Below are positions 1-8,081 of a stretch of DNA of 64,000 nt, one piece after another. Numbering within the stretch: the first letter of the stretch is position 1; each line of letters opens with the position of its first letter. The stretch spans positions 49,257 through 113,256 of the forward strand of contig JBNMKZ010000001.1 of assembly GCA_050874585.1 (NCBI GenBank). Reading direction: 5' to 3'. Under the pieces are notes generated by a model. It was not told the origin of the DNA and searched no databases. It was given only the letters and a program-made list of their open reading frames with translations. Both the position numbers and the translations under genes were made by a program. This DNA comes from Verrucomicrobiota bacterium (lineage in GTDB: Bacteria > Verrucomicrobiota > Kiritimatiellia > RFP12 > UBA1067).

Positions 1-356
1 ACCGCACTCTCGCGGCCGGCGCCAGCGCCCTGCATCCGAACCTCACACTCGTGCATGCCCTTGGCAACCGCCGTGCGGGCCGCATCCTGGGCGACCATCG
101 TCGCGGCAAACGCCGTCGACTTGCGCGAACCCTTGAAACCAGCCTTGCCAGCCGAGCTCCACGAAATCACGCCACCACGCGCATCGGCAATCGAGACCTG
201 CGTGTTGTTGAACGTGCTGCGGATGAACGCAATGCCAGCCGGAATCGACTTGCCCGAACGCTTCTTGGCAGCGGCTTCACCTTCCGCCGCAGGAGCCGCA
301 GCCGCTTCAGCGGCAGGCGTCACCGGGGCTTCCTCTTTCTTCACTTCTTCGCTCAT
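1..356 (-). CDS. rpsK: 30S ribosomal protein S11, N-terminal ~118 aa (gene continues beyond window start)
   Basis: Hand translation of minus strand from ATG (354-356): MSEEVKKEEAP...KKRSGKSIPAGIAFIRSTFNNTQVSIADARGGVISWSSAGKAGFKGSRKSTAFAATMVAQDAA. Textbook S11 core, downstream of rpsM as in the conserved rpmJ-rpsM-rpsK order. Confidence 0.93.
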   Translation of the reverse strand, partial: MSEEVKKEEAPVTPAAEAAAAPAAEGEAAAKKRSGKSIPAGIAFIRSTFNNTQVSIADARGGVISWSSAGKAGFKGSRKSTAFAATMVAQDAARTAVAKGMHECEVRMQGAGAGRESA

Positions 357-369
357 TGGTTAAATCTCC

Positions 370-750
370 TTAGCGAGCCGCCTGCTTGGGCATCGCGATC
401 GACACGCGCTTGCCGCCCTTGCGTGTGCGCGCATTCGTCTTCGTACGCTGTCCGCGAACCGGAAGGCCCTTCTTGTGGCGCGTGCCACGGTAGGACCCGA
501 TCTGGATCAGACGGCGGATGTTCTGCGCGACTTCACGGCGCAGGTCGCCCTCAACGCGGTAGTGATCCTGAATATAGGTCGTAATCGCGTGAATCTCATC
601 CTGAGTGACGTCGTCCGCCTTCTTCATCGGATCGACTTTGCAAGCCGCCAAAACATCGTCAGCGAGTTTCGGCCCGATACCATGGATATAACGGAGGGCG
701 AAGCGAATGTGCTTCTTGCCCGGAATATCCACACCCATCATTCTCGGCAT
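370..750 (-). CDS. rpsM: 30S ribosomal protein S13
   Basis: ORF-track protein MPRMMGVDIPGKKHIRFALRYIHGIGPKLA...GSYRGTRHKKGLPVRGQRTKTNARTRKG is a typical full-length S13. Confidence 0.97.
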   Translation of the reverse strand: MPRMMGVDIPGKKHIRFALRYIHGIGPKLADDVLAACKVDPMKKADDVTQDEIHAITTYIQDHYRVEGDLRREVAQNIRRLIQIGSYRGTRHKKGLPVRGQRTKTNARTRKGGKRVSIAMPKQAAR

Positions 751-773
751 AGTTGTTTTACCTCTTTACTTTC

Positions 774-887
774 TCAGCCCTGACGCTGCTTATGGCGGGG
801 GTTGGTGCAGATCACGCGCACCACGCCTTTGCGGCGAATGATGCGGCAGTTCTCGCAAATGCGACGAACGGAACTACGTACTTTCAT
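774..887 (-). CDS. rpmJ: 50S ribosomal protein L36
   Basis: Below the ORF-track size cut-off. Hand translation gives [37 protein letters not shown] (37 aa, zinc-ribbon Cys/His pattern), immediately upstream of rpsM. Confidence 0.93.
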   Translation of the reverse strand: MKVRSSVRRICENCRIIRRKGVVRVICTNPRHKQRQG

Positions 888-924
888 TGTTATTTTACTC
901 TTTTGAGTGGTCGAATGAGCGCAT

Positions 925-953
925 ATTATACCAAAAAGTGCGCCGTTTGTGCA
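925..953 (-). promoter_or_regulatory. Candidate sigma-70 promoter for rpmJ-rpsM-rpsK (extended -10)
   Basis: Minus strand reads TGGTATAAT (revcomp of 925-933), with a weak -35 TGCACA (948-953) after a 17-nt spacer. It lies 37 nt upstream of the rpmJ ATG. Confidence 0.5.
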
Positions 954-1042
954 AGGGGTCGGCGAATTTTCCCTATTTTCGTCATGCGGGCACCCAAATG
1001 GCGCGGCAGAAATGGGCGAAGATTCCGCCCGCGCGCGAAAAT

Positions 1043-1073
1043 GCGGGGGCTTGCCGTGACAAGCAAGCCCCGC
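1043..1073 (-). terminator. GC-rich hairpin after the ATPase stop (weak intrinsic terminator candidate)
   Basis: Stem GCGGGGGCTTGC (1043-1054) / GCAAGCCCCGC (1063-1073). On the minus strand it is followed by ATTTTCG. It begins 14 nt past the stop at 1087. Confidence 0.4.
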
Positions 1074-1086
1074 AAATCGGCAACCG

Positions 1087-2739
1087 TCAGCGCAGGCGAC
1101 GATCGTAGAGAAGTGCCGCGTTCAGCACGACCAGAATCGACCCGCCGTTATGGACAAGCGCACCGACAACGGGCGTCATGATGCCCAGCACGCCGAGCAG
1201 GACCGCGACGAAGTTGATGCTCATCGACAGCGTGATGTTGAAGCGAATCGTCCGCAGGCAAGCAAGCGCCAGCCGCTTCACATAGGCGACGGACGCAATG
1301 TCATCGTTCATGATGGCAATGTCACTCGCCTCCGCCGCGACATCAGTGCCAGCACCCGCCATGGCGATTCCAACATCGGCGTATTTCATCGCCGCCGCGT
1401 CGTTCACCCCGTCACCGACCATGGCAACGCGACGCCCGGCCGCCGTCAGCGACCGCACGGCCTCAACCTTCTCCTCGGGCAGGAGATCCGCACGAACCTC
1501 GCCAATTCCACAAGCAAAGGCGTACTTCTCAGCAATCTCGCGGTGATCGCCCGTCAAAAGGATGGACTTGACACCCAGTTCGGACAGCCGCCTGACCGTT
1601 GCGGGGGCCGTCTCGCGGAGCTCGTCCGCCACATCCATCTTCTCACCCGCCAGAATGCGTCCGTCCGCATCGCGGGCCAGTGCGTTGGCCCACGTGCCCT
1701 TCGTAATCGTCCCCGTCTTGTCAAAGGTGACGGTGTTGACCGCGCCCATCCGCTCAAGTGCCTCGCCCGTCTTAATCAGAACACCGCGCTTCGTCGCCTG
1801 CCCAATCGCCGCCATGATTGAGGTCGGCGTCGCCAGGGCCAATGCGCACGGGCAGAACGTCACGAGCACCGTCACGGCACGCGTCAGGCTGTTGTGGAGC
1901 TCCACGCCCAGCGCCCAGTAACAGACGGCGAACGTAACGACGGCAACACCAAGAGCCGAGGGGACGAGAATGGCCGCCCAACGGTCCGCCAGCCGCTGCA
2001 TGGGAGCCTTGTGGTTGTTCGCCTCATTGACAAGTCGGACAATCTTCGCAAGGCTGGTGTCCGCACCAACCGCCGTCGCCCGAATCTCAATCTGGCCGTA
2101 GCGGTTCAGCGTTCCCGTGAACACGCGGTCACCCACCACCTTCCGGACAGGAAGCGATTCGCCCGTCACAATCGACTGGTCGACCGTCGTCTCGCCCTTC
2201 GTCACGATGCCATCGCAAGGGAAGGACTCCCCGGGGCGCACCGAAACGACCGTCCCGACGGAAATGTCCTTGCGGACGGCGTCCTTCAGCCGAATCAGTG
2301 CCTTGACACCCTTTGAGGCCCGTCCAACCGTGAAATCCTCCAGTTTCTCGCCAATCGCCATGATGAACGCCACTTCGCCAGCGGCAAAGAACTCGCCAAT
2401 CGCCAGCGCGGCAATCATGGCCATCGTGATGAGAAGAGCCGACGTAATCCTGTGGTTCACGAGAAGCGTCCGAATGGCCTGGTAGGCAATCGGCAATCCG
2501 CACAGAAGGACGGCAATCAGCGCCGGATCCCACCAGGGCGAGGCCTCACCACAGCCCATGCCGCCCGCCTTCACGTGGACTATCAACCCCATCAGCACAC
2601 AGGCACCGCTGATGACGATCGTTCGCCAGGACTCCAGACGCTCGCACAAGCGGGCGATCTTGGCATCCACACGCGCCCAGCCCGTCTTTTCCTCCTCAAG
2701 GTGACACGCGCCACCGCCGCCGCAACAACAGCAACCCAT
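1087..2739 (-). CDS. P1B-type heavy-metal P-type ATPase-like protein, apparently lacking the nucleotide-binding (N) domain
   Basis: CPC membrane metal motif ([11 protein letters not shown]), phosphorylation motif DKTGT (1708-1722), TGD, hinge [10 protein letters not shown]. Start set to ATG 2737-2739 ([13 protein letters not shown]...) because the longer track ORF overlaps the upstream csoR-like gene. Only ~51 aa separate DKTGT from TGD. Confidence 0.8.
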   Translation of the reverse strand: MGCCCCGGGGACHLEEEKTGWARVDAKIARLCERLESWRTIVISGACVLMGLIVHVKAGGMGCGEASPWWDPALIAVLLCGLPIAYQAIRTLLVNHRITSALLITMAMIAALAIGEFFAAGEVAFIMAIGEKLEDFTVGRASKGVKALIRLKDAVRKDISVGTVVSVRPGESFPCDGIVTKGETTVDQSIVTGESLPVRKVVGDRVFTGTLNRYGQIEIRATAVGADTSLAKIVRLVNEANNHKAPMQRLADRWAAILVPSALGVAVVTFAVCYWALGVELHNSLTRAVTVLVTFCPCALALATPTSIMAAIGQATKRGVLIKTGEALERMGAVNTVTFDKTGTITKGTWANALARDADGRILAGEKMDVADELRETAPATVRRLSELGVKSILLTGDHREIAEKYAFACGIGEVRADLLPEEKVEAVRSLTAAGRRVAMVGDGVNDAAAMKYADVGIAMAGAGTDVAAEASDIAIMNDDIASVAYVKRLALACLRTIRFNITLSMSINFVAVLLGVLGIMTPVVGALVHNGGSILVVLNAALLYDRRLR

Positions 2740-2752
2740 TGCCCGCCCCCAA

Positions 2753-3031
2753 TCACTTGATGCCGACGTACTGCTCAAGGGAATCGGTGAAGTTGTCGAT
2801 CGCCTCATCGGCGTGACCCTCCTCAATTCCCTTACGGACGCAGTGCCCGAGATGTCCCTCAAGAATCAACAGCCCGATGCGATGCAGGGCCGCATCCGCC
2901 GCGTTGATCTGAATCATGATGTCCTCGCACTTCGCCGCGTCATCCTCAACCATCCGCCGAATCGCGGCAATCTGCCCCATGACGCGATTGAGGCGGATGA
3001 CGAGTTTCTTCTGGTCATAACAGTCTTTCAT
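2753..3031 (-). CDS. CsoR/RcnR/FrmR-family (DUF156) metal-sensing transcriptional repressor
   Basis: ~92-aa helical protein. ...AAKCEDIM...EGHLGHCV... gives the x-C-H-C ligand pattern of Cu(I)-type CsoR. ATG 3029-3031 is preceded by the RBS GGAAAGGAAC (alternative ATG at 3044-3046). The stop lies 13 nt upstream of the ATPase start. Confidence 0.85.
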   Translation of the reverse strand: MKDCYDQKKLVIRLNRVMGQIAAIRRMVEDDAAKCEDIMIQINAADAALHRIGLLILEGHLGHCVRKGIEEGHADEAIDNFTDSLEQYVGIK

Positions 3032-3073
3032 GTCGTTCCTTTCCATTGTCCCTTCAAGTGGGAACGGCGCATA

Positions 3074-3102
3074 TTATACTATAGGGGGGTATAGTATGTC
3101 AA
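3074..3102 (-). promoter_or_regulatory. Consensus sigma-70 promoter with embedded CsoR/RcnR-type operator
   Basis: Minus strand reads TTGACA (3102-3097), 17 nt, TATAAT (3079-3074). The palindrome ATACTATA-GGGGGG-TATAGTAT (3076-3097) fills the spacer and overlaps both hexamers. Confidence 0.75.
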
Positions 3103-3126
3103 TAGGACGAAGTCGTGCGGTAGAGG

Positions 3127-3165
3127 GGAAAAAGAAAGGGCCGCCCCGAACCCGGGACGACCCTT
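3127..3165 (-). terminator. Intrinsic terminator candidate for rplU-rpmA
   Basis: Imperfect GC-rich hairpin AAGGGCCGCCCCG-AAC-CCGGGACGACCCTT (3136-3165). On the minus strand it is followed by TTCTTTTTC. It lies ~20 nt past the rpmA stop. Confidence 0.55.
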
Positions 3166-3186
3166 TGCCTCTTTGTCGGAGGGGAC

Positions 3187-3423
3187 TTAGCCCTCGACAA
3201 TCGTGACGACCTTGCCGTCCTTGATGAACTTCACCTTGCCGTCCTTAAGGGCGAAGAGGGTGAAATCACGGCCCTGGCCGACGTTCTTGCCGGGGTGGAT
3301 CTTCGTGCCGCGCTGGCGAACGATGATCGAACCGACGGTGAGCTTCTGCCCGTCATAGGCCTTGACACCGAGGTACTTCGGATTGGAATCGCGACCGTTA
3401 CGCGCTGATGCGGATGTTGCCAT
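3187..3423 (-). CDS. rpmA: 50S ribosomal protein L27
   Basis: [49 protein letters not shown]... is canonical L27. Confidence 0.97.
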   Translation of the reverse strand: MATSASARNGRDSNPKYLGVKAYDGQKLTVGSIIVRQRGTKIHPGKNVGQGRDFTLFALKDGKVKFIKDGKVVTIVEG

Positions 3424-3435
3424 TTCGATTCCTCC

Positions 3436-3750
3436 TTAGGCGATTGCCTTGACCGTTGCCACGGTGATGGACTGACGATGACCAACCAGACGACGCGAAC
3501 CTTTCCGGCGCTTCGCCTTGAAGTTGAGAACCTTCTTGCCGCGCTTGACACCATCAACGGTCAGCGTGACCTTGGCACCCTCCACATAGGGGGCTCCGAC
3601 CTTCAGGGTCGTCCCGTCGGAAACGGCGCAAACCGTATCCAGAACGGCATCCTGACCCGCCTCGACCGCGATCTTTTCAATCTCGATCTTATCACCGACG
3701 TGAACAAGCGTCTGCTTGCCGCCGGTCTCGAGAACAGCGTATGCTTCCAT
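3436..3750 (-). CDS. rplU: 50S ribosomal protein L21
   Basis: MEAYAVLETGGKQTLVHVGDKIEIEKI...RRKGSRRLVGHRQS is canonical L21, upstream of rpmA as usual. Confidence 0.96.
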   Translation of the reverse strand: MEAYAVLETGGKQTLVHVGDKIEIEKIAVEAGQDAVLDTVCAVSDGTTLKVGAPYVEGAKVTLTVDGVKRGKKVLNFKAKRRKGSRRLVGHRQSITVATVKAIA

Positions 3751-3815
3751 TTTCTAACCTTTTCTTTCCGTCTTCCTTGTGGAGACCCATTCCCCACGAA
3801 AGACTGGAAGCGTAT

Positions 3816-3845
3816 AGTATATCTGATTTCGTCCCAAACTGTCAA
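3816..3845 (-). promoter_or_regulatory. Candidate sigma-70 promoter for rplU-rpmA
   Basis: Minus strand reads TTGACA (3845-3840), 18 nt, TATACT (3821-3816). About 65 nt upstream of the rplU ATG. Confidence 0.5.
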
Positions 3846-3902
3846 TCCCCCCCCACCCACCCACGAACTGGAGGAAGGGGATTGCGCACTTAAAGTACAG
3901 AG

Positions 3903-4553
3903 TTAATTATCGCCATTAAGCTTCGCCATCTGTTGGAAGTCGCGCTCGACCTGCTCGTTGGTGACGAACCGAATGGCGCGCCAACCGGCGGCCTCCGCCC
4001 CACCGACATTCGCCTCCACATCATCGACGAAGACGAGTTCGGACGCAGGCAGGCAGATTCGCATCCTCAGCAGCTCGTAAATCTCGTGCTGGGGCTTGTA
4101 CAACCCAACTTCACCGGAAATCACCAGCGCATCGCCAAGTTCAATGAAATCCGCAAAATGCTGACGGAAAAGCGGCGCGAACTCGGGGGACATATTGGTC
4201 AGGATGCCAATGCGGTAGCCCGCAGCCTTCAGCTCCCGCATCCAGGCAAGCGTACGCTCGTTACGATAGAGCCAGCTCGAACGATCAACCTCGGCAATCC
4301 GATTGAGGTCCGTGGATGAAATCGTCAGCCCGGCATCCGCCCAAATCTTGGCGTACATCTCCGCAAGCGTGAAGAACCCCGCGTCATGTTGGCAACGATA
4401 CCGCGCAAAGCCCTTCTCTATCACATCCCATGAAATGCCGAGCGAATCGGTCAGGGGGCGCAACCGCTCCGGCATCACCGATGTCGTCATCACTCCACCA
4501 AAGTCAAAGACAACCGCGCCAATATGCGAATCTTTCTCAAGGTTCCGTTCCAT
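3903..4553 (-). CDS. HAD-superfamily hydrolase (subfamily IA-like)
   Basis: Motif I in AVVFDFGGVMTT; C-terminal FVDDVEANVGGA motif. Start moved to ATG 4551-4553 (MERNLEKD...), which has a GGAGGA RBS and avoids overlap with the upstream gene. Confidence 0.8.
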   Translation of the reverse strand: MERNLEKDSHIGAVVFDFGGVMTTSVMPERLRPLTDSLGISWDVIEKGFARYRCQHDAGFFTLAEMYAKIWADAGLTISSTDLNRIAEVDRSSWLYRNERTLAWMRELKAAGYRIGILTNMSPEFAPLFRQHFADFIELGDALVISGEVGLYKPQHEIYELLRMRICLPASELVFVDDVEANVGGAEAAGWRAIRFVTNEQVERDFQQMAKLNGDN

Positions 4554-4575
4554 CTCACCAATCCTCCTCGACTGT

Positions 4576-5889
4576 TCAGCCAATGACAAGTTCCTCACTC
4601 GGATAGCGCACCCGGCTGTGCGATTCCCTGTCGCCAATCATCATGACGACCGTCAATGCGCCCAGTCGCCCAATCAGCATCGCCACCATGATGACGCACT
4701 TCCCCGCTGTCGAAAGCCGCGCCGTCGTATCGCCCATCGACAGTCCCGTCGTCGTAATTGCCGAGACCGCCTCGAAGAAAAGCGCATCGGATGCAATGCC
4801 CGAATCGCCCTCCGTCACAAGCAGCGCACCAATCACGCAGACAGTCAGCGCAATCAGGGCCATGAAAATGACGAGCGCCTCACGAACAATGTCAGTCGGG
4901 ACGACGCGGCGATAGACCACCGTCTCCGATTCGCCGCGACACATGGCCAGCAGCGTGTAAATCAAGACCGCCAATGTCGTCACCTTGATGCCAGCAGCGG
5001 CCGAACCGGGCGCACCTCCAATGAACATCAGGTTCGCGTAGATGAGCCGCGTCAAGGGACTCAAGTCCTCCGTCGGCACCACGCAAAATCCGCAAGTCCG
5101 CGGCGTCACCGCCTGGTAGAAGCCGACCCAAAGCTTTTCGCCCAGAGCAAAGCCCTTCAAGGCCCCATTCCATTCCAAGGCAAGAAAGACCCCAAAGGCA
5201 ATCAACAGCAAGTAAAGGGACATCCGCAGGACAACCTTCGTGTGCAAGGTCAGCCGCCCCCGCCCACCGGACGTCCGCCGCAGGAACTTGAATGTGCACA
5301 GATTGTAGATAACAAGAAAGCCGATGCCACCGAGAATGGCTTCCACCGCCAGCGTCAGGATGACGAATGGATCGGACGCAAAACAGGCAATCGAATCAGT
5401 CCGCAAGCCGAACCCGGCGTTGCAGAAACTCATAATGGAATAGTAGATGCTTTGGTAGACATCATGCAGGCTAAAGTAGAGGGCCACCGCACCAGCCGTC
5501 TCAATCACGAGCATCGAGCCGACAACCCAGCAAATCAGGCCTCGAAGCCCCTGAACTTCAGCAACACCGTAGGCGTTCATCAGCGAGAACTCACGCGTCA
5601 GCGAAAGCCGCCGTCCAACGGCAATCATCAGGAACGTGCCGAAAGTCATCAGCCCAAGACATCCGACCTCAGCCAGCACCAACAGAACAATCTGCCCAAC
5701 TCGCGAATACTCAAGCGCAATGTCGACCGAGCAAAGCCCCGTCACGCAGACCGCCGAACACGAGGTAAAGAGCGCCGTCATCGGGTCGCCCCACGTGTGT
5801 GCGACACGCGCCCACGGACTGCATAGCAAAATCGCGCCGACAAGAATCAGCGCGACAAAACCGAGGGCAACCGAACAGCGGTTCCTCAC
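4576..5889 (-). CDS. TrkH/KtrB-family potassium transporter membrane subunit
   Basis: Four pore-loop-like repeats (CVTGL, CNAGFG, GGAPGSAAAGIKVTT, TTTGLS) in a polytopic protein. Track ORF runs to 5916 (TTG). GTG at 5887-5889 gives a GTGA overlap with the tatC stop and is the preferred start. Confidence 0.85.
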   Translation of the reverse strand: MRNRCSVALGFVALILVGAILLCSPWARVAHTWGDPMTALFTSCSAVCVTGLCSVDIALEYSRVGQIVLLVLAEVGCLGLMTFGTFLMIAVGRRLSLTREFSLMNAYGVAEVQGLRGLICWVVGSMLVIETAGAVALYFSLHDVYQSIYYSIMSFCNAGFGLRTDSIACFASDPFVILTLAVEAILGGIGFLVIYNLCTFKFLRRTSGGRGRLTLHTKVVLRMSLYLLLIAFGVFLALEWNGALKGFALGEKLWVGFYQAVTPRTCGFCVVPTEDLSPLTRLIYANLMFIGGAPGSAAAGIKVTTLAVLIYTLLAMCRGESETVVYRRVVPTDIVREALVIFMALIALTVCVIGALLVTEGDSGIASDALFFEAVSAITTTGLSMGDTTARLSTAGKCVIMVAMLIGRLGALTVVMMIGDRESHSRVRYPSEELVIG

Positions 5890-6632
5890 GCCTTCTCCTT
5901 CAGCCAAATCGCCCAAATCGACAGTTCATAGAGCAGGCAAAGCGGAAGGGCCATGATAATCTGGCTCATGGGGTCGGGCGGCGTCAGGAACATCGCGAGC
6001 GCAAACGCCATCACGACCGCAATGCGCCGCTTGGCACGAAGCCCCGCGCTGGTGACGATGCCGAACCAGCCAAGCACGAACAGCACGAGCGGCATCTGAA
6101 AGACCATGCCGAACGCAATGACGGTCTTCAGCACAATGGAAATGTAGCCTTCTATCCGGATTGTCGTCACGGGTAGGCCCACCCACGCGTTGATGGACTG
6201 GAAGGCCGTCACCACGAGCGGCAGGGTCTTCTCGTAGGCCAATCCCACACCCACCGTGAAAAGCGCCGTCCCCGAGACGAGAATCGACATCAGGACAAAC
6301 TTCTCCCGTCTCGTCAGGGCTGGAAAGACAAAGCGGAGGATGGAGTAGACGATAAACGGGAATGCAAGCGCTGTCCCACCCCAAACGGCAATGGACATCA
6401 TCGTCGAGAACCCGCTCGTCAGGTCAAGGCCCTGAAGCATTTCCTCACTCGTCGCCGCCGGACTCTTCAGCCACTGCAAGATCTGCGGGGAGAAGACACC
6501 TGCGACAACGACACAAATCGCCCACGAAATCGCCGCGAACACGAGCATGTCGCGCAAGGCGAGAAGATGCTCCAGCAGAGGGCGCGGCGGATCGTTGCGC
6601 TGGTCAGGATTCGCGATGTGGGGAATCTTCAT
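5886..6632 (-). CDS. tatC: Twin-arginine translocase subunit TatC
   Basis: 248-aa six-TM protein; N-terminal ...PLLEHLLALRDML... matches the TatC HLxELR signature region. Follows tatA. Confidence 0.92.
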   Translation of the reverse strand: MKIPHIANPDQRNDPPRPLLEHLLALRDMLVFAAISWAICVVVAGVFSPQILQWLKSPAATSEEMLQGLDLTSGFSTMMSIAVWGGTALAFPFIVYSILRFVFPALTRREKFVLMSILVSGTALFTVGVGLAYEKTLPLVVTAFQSINAWVGLPVTTIRIEGYISIVLKTVIAFGMVFQMPLVLFVLGWFGIVTSAGLRAKRRIAVVMAFALAMFLTPPDPMSQIIMALPLCLLYELSIWAIWLKEKA

Positions 6633-6933
6633 GGTCTATCGCCTGCGGCTCGGCCGAAGCCTCGTTGCCGTCTATCTTGAACGCATCCTGTGCAGCCTGC
6701 TCGACATCCTGCGCCGCCCGTCCGGCCTCCCGGGCCGCACGGGAGAACTCCGAATCCATGTCCAGGAGCTGCCGCTTGAAATTTTCCGCAGCGCGGCGGA
6801 ACCGCGCATAGTACTGCCCGAACTTGCGCGCCACTTCGGGCAAGCGCTTCGGCCCGACGACAATAAGAATGACGGCGAGCAGGACAAGCCACTCGCCGGC
6901 ACCCGCATCGCTGAAGATAAACGCAAGCGTCAT
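6604..6933 (-). CDS. tatA: Twin-arginine translocase TatA/TatB-family protein
   Basis: N-terminal TM plus amphipathic helix: GEWLVLLAVILIVVGPKRLPEVARKFGQYYARFRRA. Acidic C-terminal tail. Overlaps the tatC start by 29 nt. Confidence 0.88.
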   Translation of the reverse strand: MTLAFIFSDAGAGEWLVLLAVILIVVGPKRLPEVARKFGQYYARFRRAAENFKRQLLDMDSEFSRAAREAGRAAQDVEQAAQDAFKIDGNEASAEPQAIDHEDSPHRES

Positions 6934-6948
6934 CGGCAGCGACGGACT

Positions 6949-7524
6949 TTACTTCGCCTGGTAGATGACGAACTCACCGCGGCGGTTCTTCGCCCACGCC
7001 GATTCGTCATGACCCTCAACGGCCGGACGCTCCTCGCCGTTGCTCCGCGTCTGAATGCGGTCGGGCGAGATGCCGTTCTGCACCAAATAGCCGCGCAGGA
7101 TAATCGCACGGTTTTCACCAAGGGACATGTTGTACTCGTTGGAGCCGCGCTCGTCGCAGTTGCCCTCAATGACAACCACGCGGTCGGTCTTCTCGGAGAG
7201 GTGCTGCGTCACCGCGTCAATTTTCGAAATCTCGCCCGAGGGGACGACCGTCGAGTCAAAGCCGAAATAGACAGGCTCGAAGGCAACGTCCGTGCACTTT
7301 GCGTAGATGTCCTCAAAGCGGCGCTCACCCGCGTCGGAAATGGAACCGGACTGCGCCTGCGAAATCGCATCGTCGTCGCTCGTCGAAATATCCGACACCT
7401 GGGCAGAATCGTCAGCCCCCGCACCAGCGCCGCCCGCGCCCTTGCTCGCCTTGTCATACTTGCATCCCGTCGTCGCGAATGCGAGCGAAACAGCCAAAAC
7501 TGCCATAACTGTCGTGAACTTCAT
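6949..7524 (-). CDS. pal: Peptidoglycan-associated lipoprotein (Pal/OmpA-family)
   Basis: Lipobox LAFATTGC; OmpA-like C-terminal domain (FDSTVV..., NCDERGSNEYNMSLGENRA, NRRGEFVIY). AAGGAG RBS upstream. Confidence 0.9.
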   Translation of the reverse strand: MKFTTVMAVLAVSLAFATTGCKYDKASKGAGGAGAGADDSAQVSDISTSDDDAISQAQSGSISDAGERRFEDIYAKCTDVAFEPVYFGFDSTVVPSGEISKIDAVTQHLSEKTDRVVVIEGNCDERGSNEYNMSLGENRAIILRGYLVQNGISPDRIQTRSNGEERPAVEGHDESAWAKNRRGEFVIYQAK

Positions 7525-7561
7525 TGCCTGATCTCCTTATTACTGGAAATTATTTGCGTAT

Positions 7562-7590
7562 ATGATACCGAATCCCCCGTTGAAAATCAA
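7562..7590 (-). promoter_or_regulatory. Candidate sigma-70 promoter for pal-tatA-tatC
   Basis: Minus strand reads TTGATT (7590-7585), 17 nt, TATCAT (7567-7562). Confidence 0.45.
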
Positions 7591-7820
7591 GGGGGAAAAT
7601 ACCCGCAGCAACATTCGTGAACGTCCATGGGGGAAGACGATCAATCTCCGTCTTCACGCGGCAGTTTTGGACTGGGCACACCCCCCAAAAAAGCCGCGAC
7701 GATCCCCTTTTCGCCGCGCAAGGAATGGATGACATTCAAGCCGAAGAAACATTTACTCCTCATTTTCTCACATTTCGAGGCAATTTTGGCGACATTTTGA
7801 TTTTGGCCGAATTTCCACCG

Positions 7821-7850
7821 TTGACAGCGGCGACTCGGATTTGTTAAAGT
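7821..7850 (+). promoter_or_regulatory. Candidate sigma-70 promoter for the HU-like gene and its leader
   Basis: TTGACA (7821-7826), 18 nt, TAAAGT (7845-7850), preceded by an A/T-rich ATTTTG-repeat stretch (7770-7815). Confidence 0.5.
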
Positions 7851-7856
7851 ATTCTT

Positions 7857-8045
7857 GTCGACCGCGATGGATCCGTAGTGATCCGGTCGACGCCTGAGGG
7901 CTCTGCGGGTCTCCTTATATTGACTCCGCCGCGAGAGCCGCTCCCCTTCTGTGAAAGGGCGGGCAAGGGTTTCACGGGGTGTTTTCCGGCGCGTACGAGA
8001 GCCGCCTTTGGGCCTCCGCGAACCGGGTTAGATGAATCAAAATAG
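7857..8045 (+). ncRNA. Long GC-rich structured 5' leader / candidate cis-regulatory or small RNA (class unknown)
   Basis: At least three or four stable hairpins by eye. H1: GTCGACC(7857-7863)...GGATC/GATCC...GGTCGAC(7885-7891). H2: GGCTCTGCGG(7899-7908)/CCGCGAGAGCC(7929-7939). H4: CCGGCGCG...CGCGAACCGG (about 7985-8025). Lies between the predicted promoter and the A/T-rich RBS region. Confidence 0.3.
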
Positions 8046-8081
8046 TTGAAGAACAAGAAAATCATTAGAAGGAAGATTAGT

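Noticed and set aside
4303-5826. Long ORFs antisense to confidently assigned genes (e.g. 4303-5826 +, 6547-7620 +, 10870-12048 +, 15714-16754 +, 23866-25539 -, 26043-27068 -, 33438-34358 +, 55173-56915 +, 59243-60778 +)
   Set aside because: Their translations are low-complexity Arg/Pro/His-rich strings with no motifs. Each is the mirror of a gene with clear family signatures. Such shadow ORFs are expected in GC-rich DNA.
7857-8045. Assignment of the structured leader to a known riboswitch class
   Set aside because: I found no match by eye to the conserved cores of TPP, SAM, cobalamin, glycine, c-di-GMP, preQ1 or guanidine riboswitches. It is reported only as an unclassified structured RNA candidate.
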